A program made the position numbers and the translations under genes. A stretch of 64,000 bases of DNA from the human T2T-CHM13v2.0 reference genome, Homo sapiens. The stretch lies in NCBI RefSeq assembly GCF_009914755.1, contig NC_060936.1, one strand, 5' to 3'. The notes beneath the pieces were generated by a model, which was given only the letters and a program-made list of their open reading frames with translations, searched no databases and was not told the origin of the DNA. Shown one piece after another: positions 29,873 to 48,343 of the stretch; position 1 is the stretch's first letter; each line of letters begins with the position of its first letter.

Positions 29873-32867
29873 TAAGAAGCAACAGTATGCTTCCAGTCGC
29901 CTCTGCTCCTTTATGTTATTATTGTCACACATTTTAGTTCTACATATGTTAGAAATTCCACACTACATTATTATTATTTTTGCTTTACATAGACAACAAT
30001 CTTTTAAATAAATGTTTAAAAAAAGAAAAAGTTATGTATTTATATATATCTTTACCATTTATGGTGCTCTTATTCTTTGACATTGATACAATTTTCATCT
30101 GGTATTATTTTTTTCTGTCTGAAAAACTTTAATATTCTTTAATACTAATCTTCTGTGATGAATCTCTCAACATTTATATGTCTAAGTGAAATATGTTAAT
30201 TTTTAATTGTTTTTGAAGGATATTTTTACTATATATAAAATTTTAGATTGACAATTTTTTTTTCTTTTAGCAATTTAAAGATGTTATTTGATTGTCTTCT
30301 AGCTTGCATAGTTTACAATGAGAAGTCTTCAGGTACTCTTGTTTTTTGTTTCTCTGTTCATTATGTGTCTTTTTCCCCTCTTTGGTTGTTTTAAGATTTT
30401 CTTTTTATCATCAGTTTTTGGTAATTTATTTATGATATGCTCAGTTTGCTCCTGGATTTGACATTGCTTGCTTCTAGACCTCAGACAGTTTCTTTTCTTG
30501 CTATGTGTGTGAGCCACCACACCTGACCGAGTGTCTTTATTTTATTGTCTTCCTTCAATAATTGTTGGGCTTTGTTTCAGCAGGTGGTTAATTCACTTGG
30601 AGATCTGGTTGACATTTTTGAGGACCATTTTAAAAACAGATATAGTGCATCTAGAATAGTAACTCTGGATCACTAGCATTTCTATTGTTTCTTTTCCTGT
30701 TGGTTTCAGTTGTTTCTATTTCCTTTTACACTTTATAATTTTTAATTGAATGATAAACATCACATATGAGAAAATCGTAGAGATAATTTGACCGTCTTAT
30801 AGACACCCCTTTTTGCTAAATTTTCAGACTCTAGACCCTGTGACACTAACGAATCAGCAAATGTATTCAGAGAAAAAGAGGGACAGAATTTTGTGTTTTA
30901 TCTCAGTTCACTTCCTGGTTTTTGAAGAGCTTTATCTTTCATGTCCTGACTGCCTTGATAGTTTTGAATGCTTTCAAACAGATGTTTTAATTTTATCGAA
31001 CTTTTCTAGCTTTTCTTATAGGGAGGTTTGATTCAATACAAGCTTTTCCATGGAAATAGAAATTTTTTATATTAATTTTGAACCTAGGCATTTTATTAAA
31101 TTATCTTATCTATAATTACTTTTTGTGTGTTTTCCAACTGTACAAATTATTTGCAAATGCTTCTCATTTTAGAATTTTGCATTTCTTATTTCACCAGACT
31201 AGTCCAATTGAATAGGTTAGTACTTTCAGAAAAATTTTAGATAATAGTTGTAAACAGGAAAAACTATATTACATTTATGTCACAAGGTTGTTGTGATGAC
31301 TAAATTAAAACATGTAAAGTACCTAGAAAAGAATGACGGTAATGATAGTGATGATGATGATGGTGATGATGATGATGGATATCCTTGTGTTGTTTCTGAC
31401 TGTAACAGGGGTGTTCCTACGGTTTCCCCACTAAGAATTATGTTAAACATACAAGGATACATTTACCTATTCTTTTTTTAATTAAGAATTTTCATCTCAA
31501 ATCAATATTGAATTTTATCAAATGTCTTTGTAGGACATATGGAGAAGACCATATGATTTTTCATTTTGATTCATTAATATGGTGAATTATATTTATTTTC
31601 TCATATTGAATCAGAACTGTCTTGGTAGGAGCCCCATTTAATCATTTTGTGGTATTCTGTAAATATGCTGCTAGATTTTAATTTTAATAATTTATTTAAA
31701 CTGTTTTGTATTACTACTCATATGTGAAATTGATCTATAGTTTTTCTTTTTGGGCTGCTCATTTCAGGTTTTGGTTCTATTATGTTTTTATAACAAATAT
31801 TTGATAAGTTGTTCTTTTTCAATGCTTTGACACTTTTAATTAGCACTCATGTCACTGGTTTGTAAAAGCTTGGGAGAATTTAGTTAATTAAACCCACTGG
31901 GCCTGGTACTTTTCTTTCTCTTTCTCTCTCTCTTTTTTTTTTTTTTTTGTAGGGTGATCTTAATTTTTTTTTTTTTATTACATAGTCTATCTCTTTTGGG
32001 TCAGTTTTGGCAGTCTGTTTTCCCAGAAAACAATCTATGTCTTTCAAGATCCCAAGTTTATTTACATAGAATTGACTCAGTTGATTTTCTGTGTAGACAT
32101 GATGTGCAAAATGTTGAAAACTTAGTTGGCATGGGCATTAATAACTCATAGCAGATGCTACAACCAACCACAATATATATCAAACACAAATATCTGATAT
32201 GGTCATAATAGTGCCTATTGGCTAAGTATTAGCCATTGTATCTGTATTTATTCTCTGTATTATTTTCCCATTCTCACTTCTTATTTTATGATTTTATTCT
32301 GTCCTTTTTTTGATTAGGTAAGCTAATAATTTATCTATTTCATTATTTTAAACAGTATGCTCTTGGCTTTATTTGTTATTTTATCTTTTTTCTTGTTTTC
32401 TAATGAATGAATTGTTTGTGCCTTATTTAACTCATTTTATTTTCATCAGGTTTACTTCATTTCTCTCTTTATGTCTTGTGTGATTTTATTTTGTTTTATG
32501 AATATATGTTTTATGAATTTATATCAGATTGATATATATACATATACAGGTCATTTTATCCCATTAATGTAAGACAGATAAATTTTTGTCATCATATTTT
32601 ATATATATCGTGATTTCAGTTTATATTGGTTCTTTGTTTAATAATCTTTTTATATAATTTGTTTTTTATTGCTTTTGTGTGTATGCATGTATGTATTCAC
32701 AGGCACATCTATGCATGCACATGCTTCCTTGTAATTCAAAGATTTATTTTAAATTCTGTTAGTGGTCATCTTAAAACCTTGCAATTTAATATGCTTTAGC
32801 ATTTATTCCAGCCAGTGTCTGTTGATTCACCATTAGAGCAATGACATTTGGTAGTACTCTTCTACTT

Positions 32868-33006
32868 TAGTGGTTCTCAGCACTGGTCCACATTAGTATC
32901 ATCTGGGAGCTTTTAAAAAATACCAGTGCCTCTAAGATTAAGAGATAATTATTTTCAAAAAGTCCCCCATATGACTTTAAAGAGCAGCTATAGTTGAGAG
33001 CCACTG
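32868..33006. mobile_element. MER5-type hAT MITE
   Basis: agtggttctca...cattagtatcatctgggagcttttaaaaaatacc...gttgagagccactg. Confidence 0.75.
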
Positions 33007-33489
33007 TTTTACCCTCTCTCCCCTCCACCAACAATTTTAATCAATTATATATTATTTAAAAATTTTTTTCTAGTCTTTATGTTTTTGAAAGATGATTGGC
33101 CGTATGTAGGAGAAAATACGCATACTTGCACATCTTCTGTCTTCTCTCTTTCTCACCTTCATCTAATATTATCATTCATTCTTATAATTTGTAACCTATG
33201 CATTCTGTTTTGCTGCCATCTTTATCCGTGATTAAATAGATTCCATAGTCACTGTGAGTAATTTTTCTCCATTCATTTTTTGATTGACTGAAGTTTATTG
33301 TCTAGTAGGTTCTTCAGAAGTGTTCATGGAAGTCACATCTATCTGTTTCCTTTATATTTAAATGACAGTTTGGCTGGATATAGAAATCATGGATCACATA
33401 TTATTTTCCTGGGTTCTTTGTATCATATTTCTGTCTTCCAGCATCAAATATTGTTGTGAACTATAAGGTCAGTCTAATTTTTCTTCTTT

Positions 33490-33940
33490 GTATTAAGTAT
33501 GGGAAAGAAACTAATACTGTAACAAAGTACAAAAATACAGTGAGTTAACTAAGATTCAACCTTGTATCACTCTCATGTATCAGTCTGGCTGGTCTAAGTT
33601 ATCAGAGCAACTGCTGCGCAAGGTCACCCAGAGAGCCATTTCTTCCATGTTGTTGCTCCACTATCCCTTTTTGGGCATTTTGTCACCCTCAAAATCAAAA
33701 GTGGGATGTTGGCAAATCTACCTTCCAGCTTGCAAAAGAGGAAAAGAGGCAAAATACAGAGAAAGCAGATTTTCTTTAAATTGCAAATGACTTTACATAC
33801 TTTTGTACATATTCAATATTCAGAACTTGCTCATGGCCACCGTAGCTAACTGAAAAAAAAAGCTAGAAAATGCAGTATCTAGCTGGGTGGCCTTAGAGTT
33901 AGAAATAGAAAATTTAGGAAGAACAAATATGAGTCCACTT
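33490..33940 (-). mobile_element. MLT1J-like MaLR LTR
   Basis: ctgtaacaaag...aaatacagtg...ttccatgttgttgctcca...cagaacttgctcatggcca...tctagctgggtggcc. Confidence 0.6.
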
Positions 33941-35001
33941 CAAACTTGTAGGTTACTTAATAATCTTAGCCTGAATGCCCAAAGTTTTTGTTGTTGTTGT
34001 TTTGACATTTGAAGACCTATACTATCACTAGGAAATGTTTCAGCATTGATAAAATTGCATGAGGTTTTCTGCTTTTTTAATTTTGGTAAGGATTTTCGGT
34101 TTAAGCTATAGGTTCTTCAAAATTATGTGTTAAATTTTATTTTATGTTTTATTTATTGTGTGTTCCCCCCACCACCCTATTTTTTTTTTTTTTGGTCTGT
34201 TTTCCATGTCTATTATTTTGCTTGCTTTCCTCAATCCTGCTCTTTTGTGCCTTAGTATGAATTCAGTGATGGCTCTTTGTGCTGCTTAATGTAGCCTTGA
34301 TTTCTTGGATGGCTTTATTTATTTATTTTTCTATTTATTTTTCAAGTCTGCCAGCTCATGTTTCATCTCCTCCAGCTGTCTGCTTTGAGCTTTTTGATTC
34401 ATTAGGTGCCTAGTATTCACGGCCATATTTATTTGGTCATGATTTTTATCTGGGCAGTGACAATATTGTTCTGGTGTGTATTCATCACCTGCCACTTGTT
34501 TTTCCCACATTTTTCTTCCTTTTCCTGAAAGTAACTTTGTATAGATCCTTGGCTGGTTCTTTTTGTGTTATTTCTTTTGTGAATGAGGTTAATTCCTCCA
34601 GTTATTTTCAAGAGGTTCCTTCAGGGGAGAGAATAGAGTAGTGTTCCAGGCAAGCAGTAACTCCTCCACAGTAAAGCTCCTTATGACTCAGGGGTGTGTG
34701 TGTGTGTATGTACACTATTTTAACCTTCGTTTTTCTCTAGTTCAAAGAAATCAGCAATTGCTGGATTACTCATAATTCAGATCCATTTCCTTCACCCTTC
34801 CTCAAGGATACACTGCTTCTCAGAAATGTGTGTGTTTCCTTGTTCAGCCTCACCTTCCCTGCCTGTTCTCTGGGCTCAGAGAAGGTCCAGATAAGCTCCC
34901 TCTAAAGACCAGGCATCCTGTTCTCATTGTTCTAGACAAGGTTTGTGGTTTTGCCTCTCATATTGTGTCACATACTTTGAACTGTACTCTACCTGGTTTA
35001 G

Positions 35002-35264
<263 letters not shown>

Positions 35265-35759
35265 GTTAGCTGAGATTCTCAGCCACAGATGTCTATAGGT
35301 ATTTCCCTGCACTCCTGTTTGAACTTCCCTGTTGGCAGCTCTTACTCAAATATTGTAGTTCGAGGTTACAGATGTGTTATAACTTTATCAAAAATTATTA
35401 TTTTTTTCTTTTTTAGTTTTCATCATTGGTTTGAGTTGATTTTGTAAAGAAAACTATGTGGAGCCATCTTTAGTTTGGCATTTCCTAATCAGCTACCATG
35501 AGTATTTATTTAGAGAAATCCATTATTATTTTGTTAGGATTCATTTTTCTAAGTGGTAAATTTACAAAATTTCAAGAATTCCAATCTGCATTTCAAAAAG
35601 ATTATACAAATCTATACTCTTCTACTCATATATCAGAGTTACTATTTTCCTACACACTTACTAATATATAGAGAGAACTTTGCCTATTTGATATTCTAAC
35701 AAGGTGTACCTCTTAAGTTGTACTTTTAATTATTAGGGGACAAATAATTATATCTTCTT

Positions 35760-36394
35760 CTTTTTTTTTTTTTTTTTTTTTAGTATTTATTGATCATTCT
35801 TGGGTGTTTCTCGGAGAGGGGGATTTGGCAGGGTCATAGGACAATAGTGGAGGGAAGGTCGGCAGATAAACACGTGAACAAGGGTCTCTGGTTTTCCTAG
35901 GCAGAGGACCCTGCGGCCTTCCGCAGTGTTTGTGTTCCTGGGTACTTGAGATTAGGGAGTGGTGATGACTCTTAAGGAGCATGCTGCCTTCAAGCATCTG
36001 TTTAACAAAGCACATCTTGCACCGCCCTTAATCCATTTAACCCTGAGTTGACACAGCACATGTTTCAGAGAGCACGGGGTTGGGGGTAAAGTTATAGATT
36101 AACAGCATCCCAAGGCAGAAGAATTTTTCTTAGTACAGAACAAAATGGAGTCTCCTATGTCTACTTCTTTCTACACAGACACAGTAACAATCTGATCTCT
36201 CTTTCTTTTCCCCACATTTCCCCCTTTTCTATTCGACAAAACCGCCATCGTCATCATGGCCCGTTCTCAGTGAGCTGTTGGGTACACCTCCCAGACGGGG
36301 TGGCGGCCGGGCAGAGGGGCCCCTCACCTACCAGATGGGGAGGCCGGGCAGAGGCGCCCCCCACCTCCCTCTTGGACGGGGTGGCTGGCCGGGC
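35760..36394 (-). mobile_element. SVA retrotransposon, 5'-truncated within VNTR
   Basis: Poly(T), tttattgatcattcttgggtgtttctc SINE-R end, a few GC-rich VNTR units (ggggtggcggccgggcagagg); TSD tatatcttctt 35749-35759 / 36395-36405. Confidence 0.96.
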
Positions 36395-36409
36395 TATATC
36401 TTCTTTTGG

Positions 36410-37650
36410 GAATTTTCCATTATTATCCTTTAGTGAATATTGTTTCCTTTTGATGCCTTTGTCAACTTCATATAGATTTATATGAGCTTTTTCTTAAAGA
36501 TATGTTGCATATATTTTTCTGTTAGTAATTTGCAAGTTTATTTTAATGTAATCTTTTACCAAATGAAAATATATTTTTATAGCAAGTTTAATATTTTCCC
36601 TTGTGGTTTCTACTTTAGGACTCATTTTCTTTACCACAGCAAAATTATATATCCACGTATATATTCCTTTAGTGTTTCAATGTTGTTTTATTTTTTGTAC
36701 CTAAATCTTTAATAAGTCTGGAATTTGTTTTGAATATAGTATAAAGTACTAATCTAGCTTATTTTTCCCAAAATTGTTAGTTATGTATTTCATTACCATT
36801 TATAGAGTAATGTCTTCTTCCCCACTTATTTAAGATGCCACTACTAACACATTAATCTTAGGTTTATACAGAAACAGTTCTAAACTTTAAATTTTATTTC
36901 ATTGTTTGCTTGTTTTTATGGCAGCACTGCAACATTTTAACCATTATTTTATATATTAATGCATTTTATTTTCTAGCAGGGCAAATCTCTACCATTACTA
37001 GAATTTTCAAAATCTCTTACTTAGTTTCATGTATTATTCTTCCAGATGAACTGTGGAATCATTTGTTGAGTTTCCAGAAATAAATCCTCGAACCCACTGG
37101 GATTGTACTGAGTTTATTTATTTATTTGGGAAGAATTAACATCTTGACAATATTAAGTCTTCTTAGCTGGTAACATGATATAGTTCTCCATTTAGACAAG
37201 TTTTCTTTTATGTTCTTCAACAACAATATTGTGGTTTTCTTCACAGAGGTTCTGCACATTTCTCATGAGTTTAACTCTTAGGTGATATATATTGTTTTGC
37301 TATTATGAATGCAATTTATTTTCCAATCCATTATTGCCAAATATAAGAAAAGATTGAGCTTTATTTATTTTGTAATTACTACTCTACAAATATTTCTTAC
37401 AAATCCTAGTTGCTTTTCAGGTTATTCTTTTGAGTTTTATATCTAGATAGTAATGCCATTTTCAAACTTAGTTTTTCCTCGTGTCCAATATTCATACTTT
37501 TTAACTTGCTTTCTTATTCAATTGCACTGGCCAACTTTCCCAGAACAATGTTAATTAACAATAGAGTTAGCAGGCATACTTTACTTATTCTTGATTATAG
37601 TAGAATAAATTGATTGTTTTACTGTCGTTTTGATGTTTAATGTAAAAGTA
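36410..37650 (-). mobile_element. Ancient L1M ORF2 fragment
   Basis: ttgggaagaattaacatcttgacaatattaagtctt...cagaacaatgttaa...gcaggcatac. Confidence 0.7.
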
Positions 37651-37712
37651 CATTGTGATGGTTTTGCAGTGCTTGTGTAGACCACACGAAGTTGGATCTA
37701 AAAAAATTTTAA

Positions 37713-41333
<3,621 letters not shown>

Positions 41334-41368
41334 ACACACACACACACACACACGCACACACACGCACA
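41334..41368. repeat. (CA)n microsatellite at the L1 tail
   Basis: cacaca...cgcacacacacgcaca. Confidence 0.9.
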
Positions 41369-42350
41369 AATAAATTCATACAATTAAGTGTTTTTTAAAA
41401 AGTATTTTAATTTAAATTCCCATCTAATCATTTTTTTAAATTGGTGTGTCAATTATTTGCCTTTAAAGTAACTATTGGTTTGGTTGCATTTAGATCTACC
41501 TTTATATTATTACTATTATTATTATTTTACTTATCCTCTCTGGTTTTGTCTTCTATTCTTTTTACCTGCTGTCCTTTTCTGATAGTCTATTTTTGATTTC
41601 TCTATTCACTTGTGTTCTATATCTCTGTATTTTTTAGCACTTGCTCTAGAGATTATACACATAACTAAGTTATCTTTCCAATTAAAATGCAGAGCAAAAT
41701 TTGGAGCCACATGATGTTTTGGACCAAAGAATGAAATTAATCTGATTATGTCTTAACAAGATAACTTTGTTGTTCTTTTGAGAATAGATTTTACAGGTAC
41801 AAAGGCTAAAGTTAGGAGATGAATGCAAATATACAGGAGTGTCTTTCTATTACTCTTTACTGAGAGTTTTTGTAAAATCAGGAAACAGTGTTAATTTTAT
41901 AAACTGCTTTCTCTGCTTCTATTGAGGTAATTAGTGAGGTGGCCATTTTATTCTGTTAATGTGGTGAATTATGTTGATTTAATTTTGAATGCTAAATCAA
42001 CGTTGCATTTCTGAGATAAACCCCACTTGCTCATGAGGTACTATTCTTTGTATATATTTTCTGATTTGATATGCTAATTTTTTGTGAAGATATTTTGAGA
42101 CAATAAGCATGAGAGATGTGGGTCTGTAATTTTCCATGTTTTGCAAGGTTCTTATCTAGTTTTAGTATTACGGTGTGCTTGTCTCATACAATGAATTCCC
42201 TCCTCTTCTATGTTCTGAAAGATCTCACATTAGACTAGGATTAATTTTTCTTTCAAAGTTTAAAAGAATTCCCCATTGAAGCCATCTGGGCCTGGAATTT
42301 ATTTTATGTAAAGAATTTTAATTACAAATTCAATATATCTTTTACAGATA

Positions 42351-42910
42351 CAGTAGTCCTCCCTTACCCATGGTTTCACTTTCTGCAGTTTCAGTGGAAC
42401 ATGAACATGGTCAACGGTGATCAGAAAATGTTAAATGGAAAATTTCAGGTATAAACAATTCGTAAGTTTCAAATCACACACCATTTTGAGTATCATAATG
42501 AGATCTGTTGCCATCCTGCTGTGTCCCACCAGGATGTGAAACAGCCCTTTGTCCAGCTGTCAGTACTATATATGACACCTACCCATTAGCCACTTACTAT
42601 CCCTCTCTTATCAGATTGACTGTGATGGTGTCACATTGCTTGTGTTCAAATAACCCTTATTTTACTTAATAATAACCCCAAAGCATGAGCATAGTGATGC
42701 TGGCAATTAGGATATACCAAAGAGAAGTCAAATATATGTCAAAGAGAAGTTGTTAATCTCTTACTGTGGATAATTTATAAAGTAAACTTAATCATAGGTA
42801 TGCATGTATATGAAAAACCATAGTATGTGTAGGGTTTGATATTGTCTATGGTTTCAGGCATTCCCTGAGGGTGTTGCAATGTATGCCCAGTGGATTAAAG
42901 GGGACTACCT
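42351..42910. mobile_element. MER44B-like (Tigger7 derivative)
   Basis: ta|cagtagtcctcccttacccatggtttcactttc...aaggggactac; ~560 bp. Confidence 0.85.
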
Positions 42911-43738
42911 TAGAGGAGTATTCTGTTTTTTTTTTTTCTTAACTATCTTCCTGTGTCAGTTTTGTAATTTACGTGTTTCAAGGAATTTGCCCATTTCTTC
43001 TGACTTGTCAAATTAATTGGCATTTAGCTGTTAATAATATTCCCTTATTATTATTTAACTATTTGCATCATCTATAGTGATGTGCCTTCCTTCATTCCAG
43101 ATGCTCTCTTTCTTTTTCTTTTTTTTCCCCTTTTATTTTTTGGTCAGTCTTGGTAAGATATTACCAGGTTTATTAAACTTTGCAAAAAACTAGCTTTTCG
43201 TTTTATTAATTTTTCTCTTGTTTGTGTTCTATTTCATTGATTTCCATTATTTTATTTTTTAGTTGCCTACATTTTCATCCTTTAGGTTTAATTTTGTAGA
43301 GTTTTGAGGGAATTTAAGAGTTTTCAACCTTTCTCCTTTTTTCTGAAGTAAGCTAGTAAAGCTACAAATTACCTTCTACGTGCTTCTTTAGATGCCTTTC
43401 ATAATGTTTATTATGTTTTGTTCTCATTTTCATTTATTTCAAGGTATTTTAAAATGTCTTTCATGATTTCTTCTTTGATTTTGGATCCTTTAGTACTGTG
43501 TTGCTTAATTTTCAGATATTTGGGGTATTTTTTTCAAGATATATTTTTGTTATTGATTTTTAACTTAGTTCCTTTATTAATTTCTAATTTAGTATGGTAT
43601 TAATCCTTTTAAATTTATGCCCAATATATGACCTATGTTGATTAATGTACCATGAATACTTGAAGGATTATGTATTCTGTAGTTGTTTGGTTATAGTGTT
43701 CTATAAATGTCAATCAGATAGTATTGGTTGATAATGAT

Positions 43739-44270
43739 TGTTTCAGTTATCTATTGCTATGTAACAAATGTCCCCCAAATAGTAGATTAAAACAACAGCA
43801 TTTATTTGGCTCAAAATTCTGCTATTTTGGCAAGTCTTGGTGGTAACAGTTTAGTTATGTTACATTCAGCATCAGCTGGAGTATCTCAAAGGCAGACTCC
43901 ACTCAGTGTCAGCTAGTTTGTGCTGAATTAAAGGCTATAAGCTGGGAATCTCTCTCTGTTTTAAAATGATCTCTTTATATGGCCTCTGCAATGGCTTTGG
44001 GGAAGCGACTGGCTTAGAGCTCCTAAGTTTCATGTCACGAGAGAGACAGAGCCAAGTAGAAACTGTATCAACTTTTTGACCTAGTCTTGGAAGTCATGCA
44101 GCCCTACTTCTGCTGTGTTCCATTTGTTTTGGTGGTCACAGAGTACTGTCCATTTTGACAAAGAGAGGGGATATAGACTTCACCTCTTAATGAGGGTATG
44201 ACTAGGTCTGGAAGAGTTTGTGGGACAGTAAATCTTGCTGAGAACATTTTTGGAAAGTACAATTGGTCAT
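43739..44270 (-). mobile_element. MLT1 (G/H-like) MaLR LTR
   Basis: tgtttcagttatctattgctatgtaacaaa...gacctagtcttggaagtcatgc...catttttggaaagtacaat. Confidence 0.8.
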
Positions 44271-44566
44271 AATATTGATCAAATCTTTTTCTAATCTTTT
44301 TTACCCTTCCAATAATGGACTGAGATCTTTTTCTAATCATACCAACTTTTAGAAAATTGATTTCTGGGAGTAGTGTTAAAATATCATACTGGATGTAGGA
44401 ACTTGTACATTTATTTCTTTAGTTTTGCCAGTTTCTGCATCATTTATCTTGGCTTGCTATTGATTGCATACACATTTTAGATTATGTCTTTCTGTTTGTT
44501 ATACATATGTTACAAATACAATGAAACACTTTTATATTTGCTTTAGCCAATTTTTAAATAAATTGA

Positions 44567-44962
<396 letters not shown>

Positions 44963-46559
44963 AGTATCCTTTTTCTTAAGCCTAAGGTTCAGGTCTTGCC
45001 CCTATTTATGAATTCTCTCAGATTAAAAAAATCTAAATATATTTGTTTTGCCTTCAATATCAAAACTTTTTTTCTGAATATAGAATTCTTGTTGATTATG
45101 TTTTCAGTACTTTAAATATGTCACATTTTATTGTCATCTGGCTTGTACTGTTTCTGATGAGAAGACAGCAATCATTCCTGTTGCTCACCTGTATGTAATA
45201 TGTCTTTTACCCCTTCTGTGCCCTTTTAACATTTTCTCTCACTCCTTGTCTTTCAGCAGTTTTATTGTAGTGTGTCCATGTGTGGTTTTATTTGTGTTTA
45301 TCTGATTAGTTAAACTTCTTGGAAAATATGAGACTATAGTGTTTTTTAAATTTCCCCCTCTGATATCTTTTTCCTCTCCCTCTAGAACTCTAATTACATA
45401 TTTGTTAGATTATATAATATTGTTCCACAGGCCACTGAGGCTGTGTTCACTTTTCTAATCTAAATTTCTTCTTTCTATGCTTTAGATTGGGTAGTTCTTT
45501 TGTCTAATCTCCAAAGCTAATCTTTCTCTGGCAATGTATACTCTAGTATTAAGGCTATTAGGTGAAATTTTCATTTCAGATAAGTTTTTTAGTTCTAGAA
45601 TTTTCATTCCTTTCTCCACCCAAGTTTTATTCTCTTTTCAGTGTCTGTATCTGTTTACTTACTACAATCATCTTTGTCTTTAATACTTGAACATGTTTAA
45701 AGTCCTTGTCGGTTAATTCCAACATTAGTGCCATCTCTGGGCTTCCACTGACTTTTTCCTCCTGTTTTTGGCTCTTGTTTTCCTGCTTCTTCATATGTCT
45801 AGTAATTTTTATTGTATGCTGGACATTTATGATGCTATGTTGTTACAAATTTGATAGAGTATGCCAAGAGCATGTATTCCATTAAGCAAGGTTGAGTTTT
45901 GTTGTGGATGGCAGGAAATATATTCAATCATCTTTATCCTACTTGATTTTAAGCTTTCTCTGGGTGGGTCTGGAATAGCCCTTAATCTAGTGATAGAGTA
46001 ACTCTTCACTTAAGAAATACCCTTTCTGGGATCCAAACTAAATGTCCAAGGTATTCCCAAATCTCTTCATTCTGGCTTATCAAAAATTGAACATCTTCGG
46101 CATTGTAAGAGCTGTGAAGTTTGCATTAATCTCACAGTCTTTTAGTAGTTGTTCCCTAACCGATCTCTTGGAGTCTTGCTCTGTGCATGCATAGCTTAAT
46201 ATTCATGCAGATACTAAAGTGGATCTCTATACAAACAAATGGGACTATAATTCTATGCAGCTCTCTCTTCTCTGTTAACTTGCCTCACACATTTCACTTT
46301 GCTTTCTCTATTAGGCAAGATATCTGCTCTCTATTTGTGATCTACTTCTCTGTGCTACTATTCATAAGGTGCCCACAGGCAAAAAACCAGGGAGAACATG
46401 AAGTTTACCTTATGGATTTTTTTCTTCTCTCAAGAATTGCACCTGTACTGTTTTCTTCCAGTGTCTGAAGGCCATTTATTTATTTATTTTTGTTGAATTT
46501 TAGAGTTGTTTGTTGTAGGAGGATAAATATTATATGAATTATTTCATCATGGCATAAAC

Positions 46560-47130
46560 TATATATCTAGACATGTTAAATCTGAGATGTCTATTAGATA
46601 AACAGATAGTGAGGTGTGATAGACTGTTGAATACATGAATTTGGAGTTCAAGGGTGAGGTCCATGCTGGAGTCATACATTTGAGATTCACCAGCATATAT
46701 AATTCATATAAAGTTTTGAAGTGAATGAGATCTTCTAGGGATTTGGTATAGATTGAGAGAAGAGATAAGGGCTGAGCCCCTGGGCAGCTTTAAAATATCA
46801 GGAAGATCAGGAAAAATTAGCAAACTCAGAAACAGCAAGTAGATAGGAGCAAAACTAGTAGAGTGTAATGACCTAGAGAAGAATATATTTTAGGGAAAAG
46901 GTAATATTCAACTGTGTAAAATAGTGCTAATTGGTCGAGTGAGATAAGAATGTGGACTCACCATTGGATTTGTCAAACACTGGGGTCAAAATGGTCTTGA
47001 CACAAGCAGTTCCAGTAGAGTGCTGGGAATGAAGGCCTGATTGGAATGGATTCAAAATAAACGTGGGGATGGGGAGGATTGAAGACAGAGAGTATGAAGA
47101 ACTTGTTCAAAGAGTTTTGCTGTAAAATTA
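46560..47130 (-). mobile_element. L2 remnant
   Basis: tctgagatgtctattaga...tggagttcaaggg...ccattggatttg...ttcaaagagttttgctgtaaa. Confidence 0.75.
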
Positions 47131-47269
47131 AGAATGTGAAGATTATGTGAAAAATAATTTAAATATAAATAGCAAGCATTGTAATACAGTAATCACTTGT
47201 TCTTGAATGTTTGCCAGAACTTTACTGGGAAACCACTGGACCTGAGCTACTTTGGATAGAGGATTAATT

Positions 47270-47461
47270 CCAGGAATATGCTGGTAAATGTTCAACAACT
47301 AGGTCTCTGAAAAGAAAAAACCTTGTTTTGTAGCCGTTGCCAATTTCTGTGATGTAAATATTCCCATCATGGTAGATTTCAAGCTATAAATGTGATGTCG
47401 CTGAAAACAGAGTTGGGAAGACATGCATGCAATCCACTCTCAAGAGTTTAGTATATCACTG
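47270..47461. mobile_element. MER63-like hAT MITE
   Basis: tgctggtaaatgttcaacaac...gtaaatattcccatcatgg...gatttcaagcta...gagttgggaaga. Confidence 0.7.
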
Positions 47462-47515
47462 AGTAATTTCTGGTCATCTTTTCTAATTTACTGTATGATT
47501 ATTGGTATGTTTAGA

Positions 47516-47807
<292 letters not shown>

Positions 47808-48069
47808 TAGATTTTTATTTTACTTATTTTTGATTTGGCTTTAAGAATTTATAATTTTCTGGAAAAATCATTCATTTAAGTTGTCTTATGTTGTTACTGA
47901 CAGTAGAAGAAATATAATGAAGAATGTGAGTGATTTAGGAATCACATAAAGTTTTGTTTATACCCTTCATTTGTGTGAAAATAATTATAGTACATTAAAA
48001 AAGAAATTCTTGTTGAAAGCATAAATATGGTCTACTTTTATCACTCTTTTTATAGAAGGGAACTATATG

Positions 48070-48130
48070 ATATACAAGAAGTATAAATATGGAACTCCTT
48101 TTAATATACAAGAAGTTTGAATATGGAACT
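48070..48130. repeat. Short direct duplication (27-bp copies, period 34)
   Basis: atatacaagaagtataaatatggaact / atatacaagaagtttgaatatggaact. Confidence 0.85.
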
Positions 48131-48182
48131 TATATAAGATGGACAAATAAGGTTGAATAGGACCTGTTATATTAAAAAGGCT

Positions 48183-48343
48183 GGCCGGGCTTGGTGGCTC
48201 ATGCCTGTAATCCCAGCACTTTGGGAGGCCTAGGCAGGCAGATCACCTGAGGTCAGGAGTTCAGACCAACCTGGCCAACACGGTGAAACCCTGTCTTTAC
48301 TAAAAATACAAAAATTAGCTGGGCATGGTGGCATGCCCTTGTA
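48183..48343 (+). mobile_element. AluS, 3'-truncated (left monomer plus start of right monomer)
   Basis: ggccgggcttggtggctc...taaaaatacaaaaattagctgggcatggtggcatgcc, then abrupt loss of homology; no poly(A). Confidence 0.92.

Larger units (their letters stand above)
29880..34700 (-). mobile_element. Mosaic of ancient L1M fragments (with embedded MER5 and MLT1)
   Basis: T-rich antisense L1 motifs (gaaggatatttttactatatataaaattttag, tattgaattttatcaaatg, aatgacagtttggctggatatagaa); internal boundaries unresolved. Confidence 0.65.

Noticed and set aside
31293-31481. ORF with acidic poly-Asp run
   Set aside because: Produced by a (GAT)n microsatellite within L1M/MIR debris
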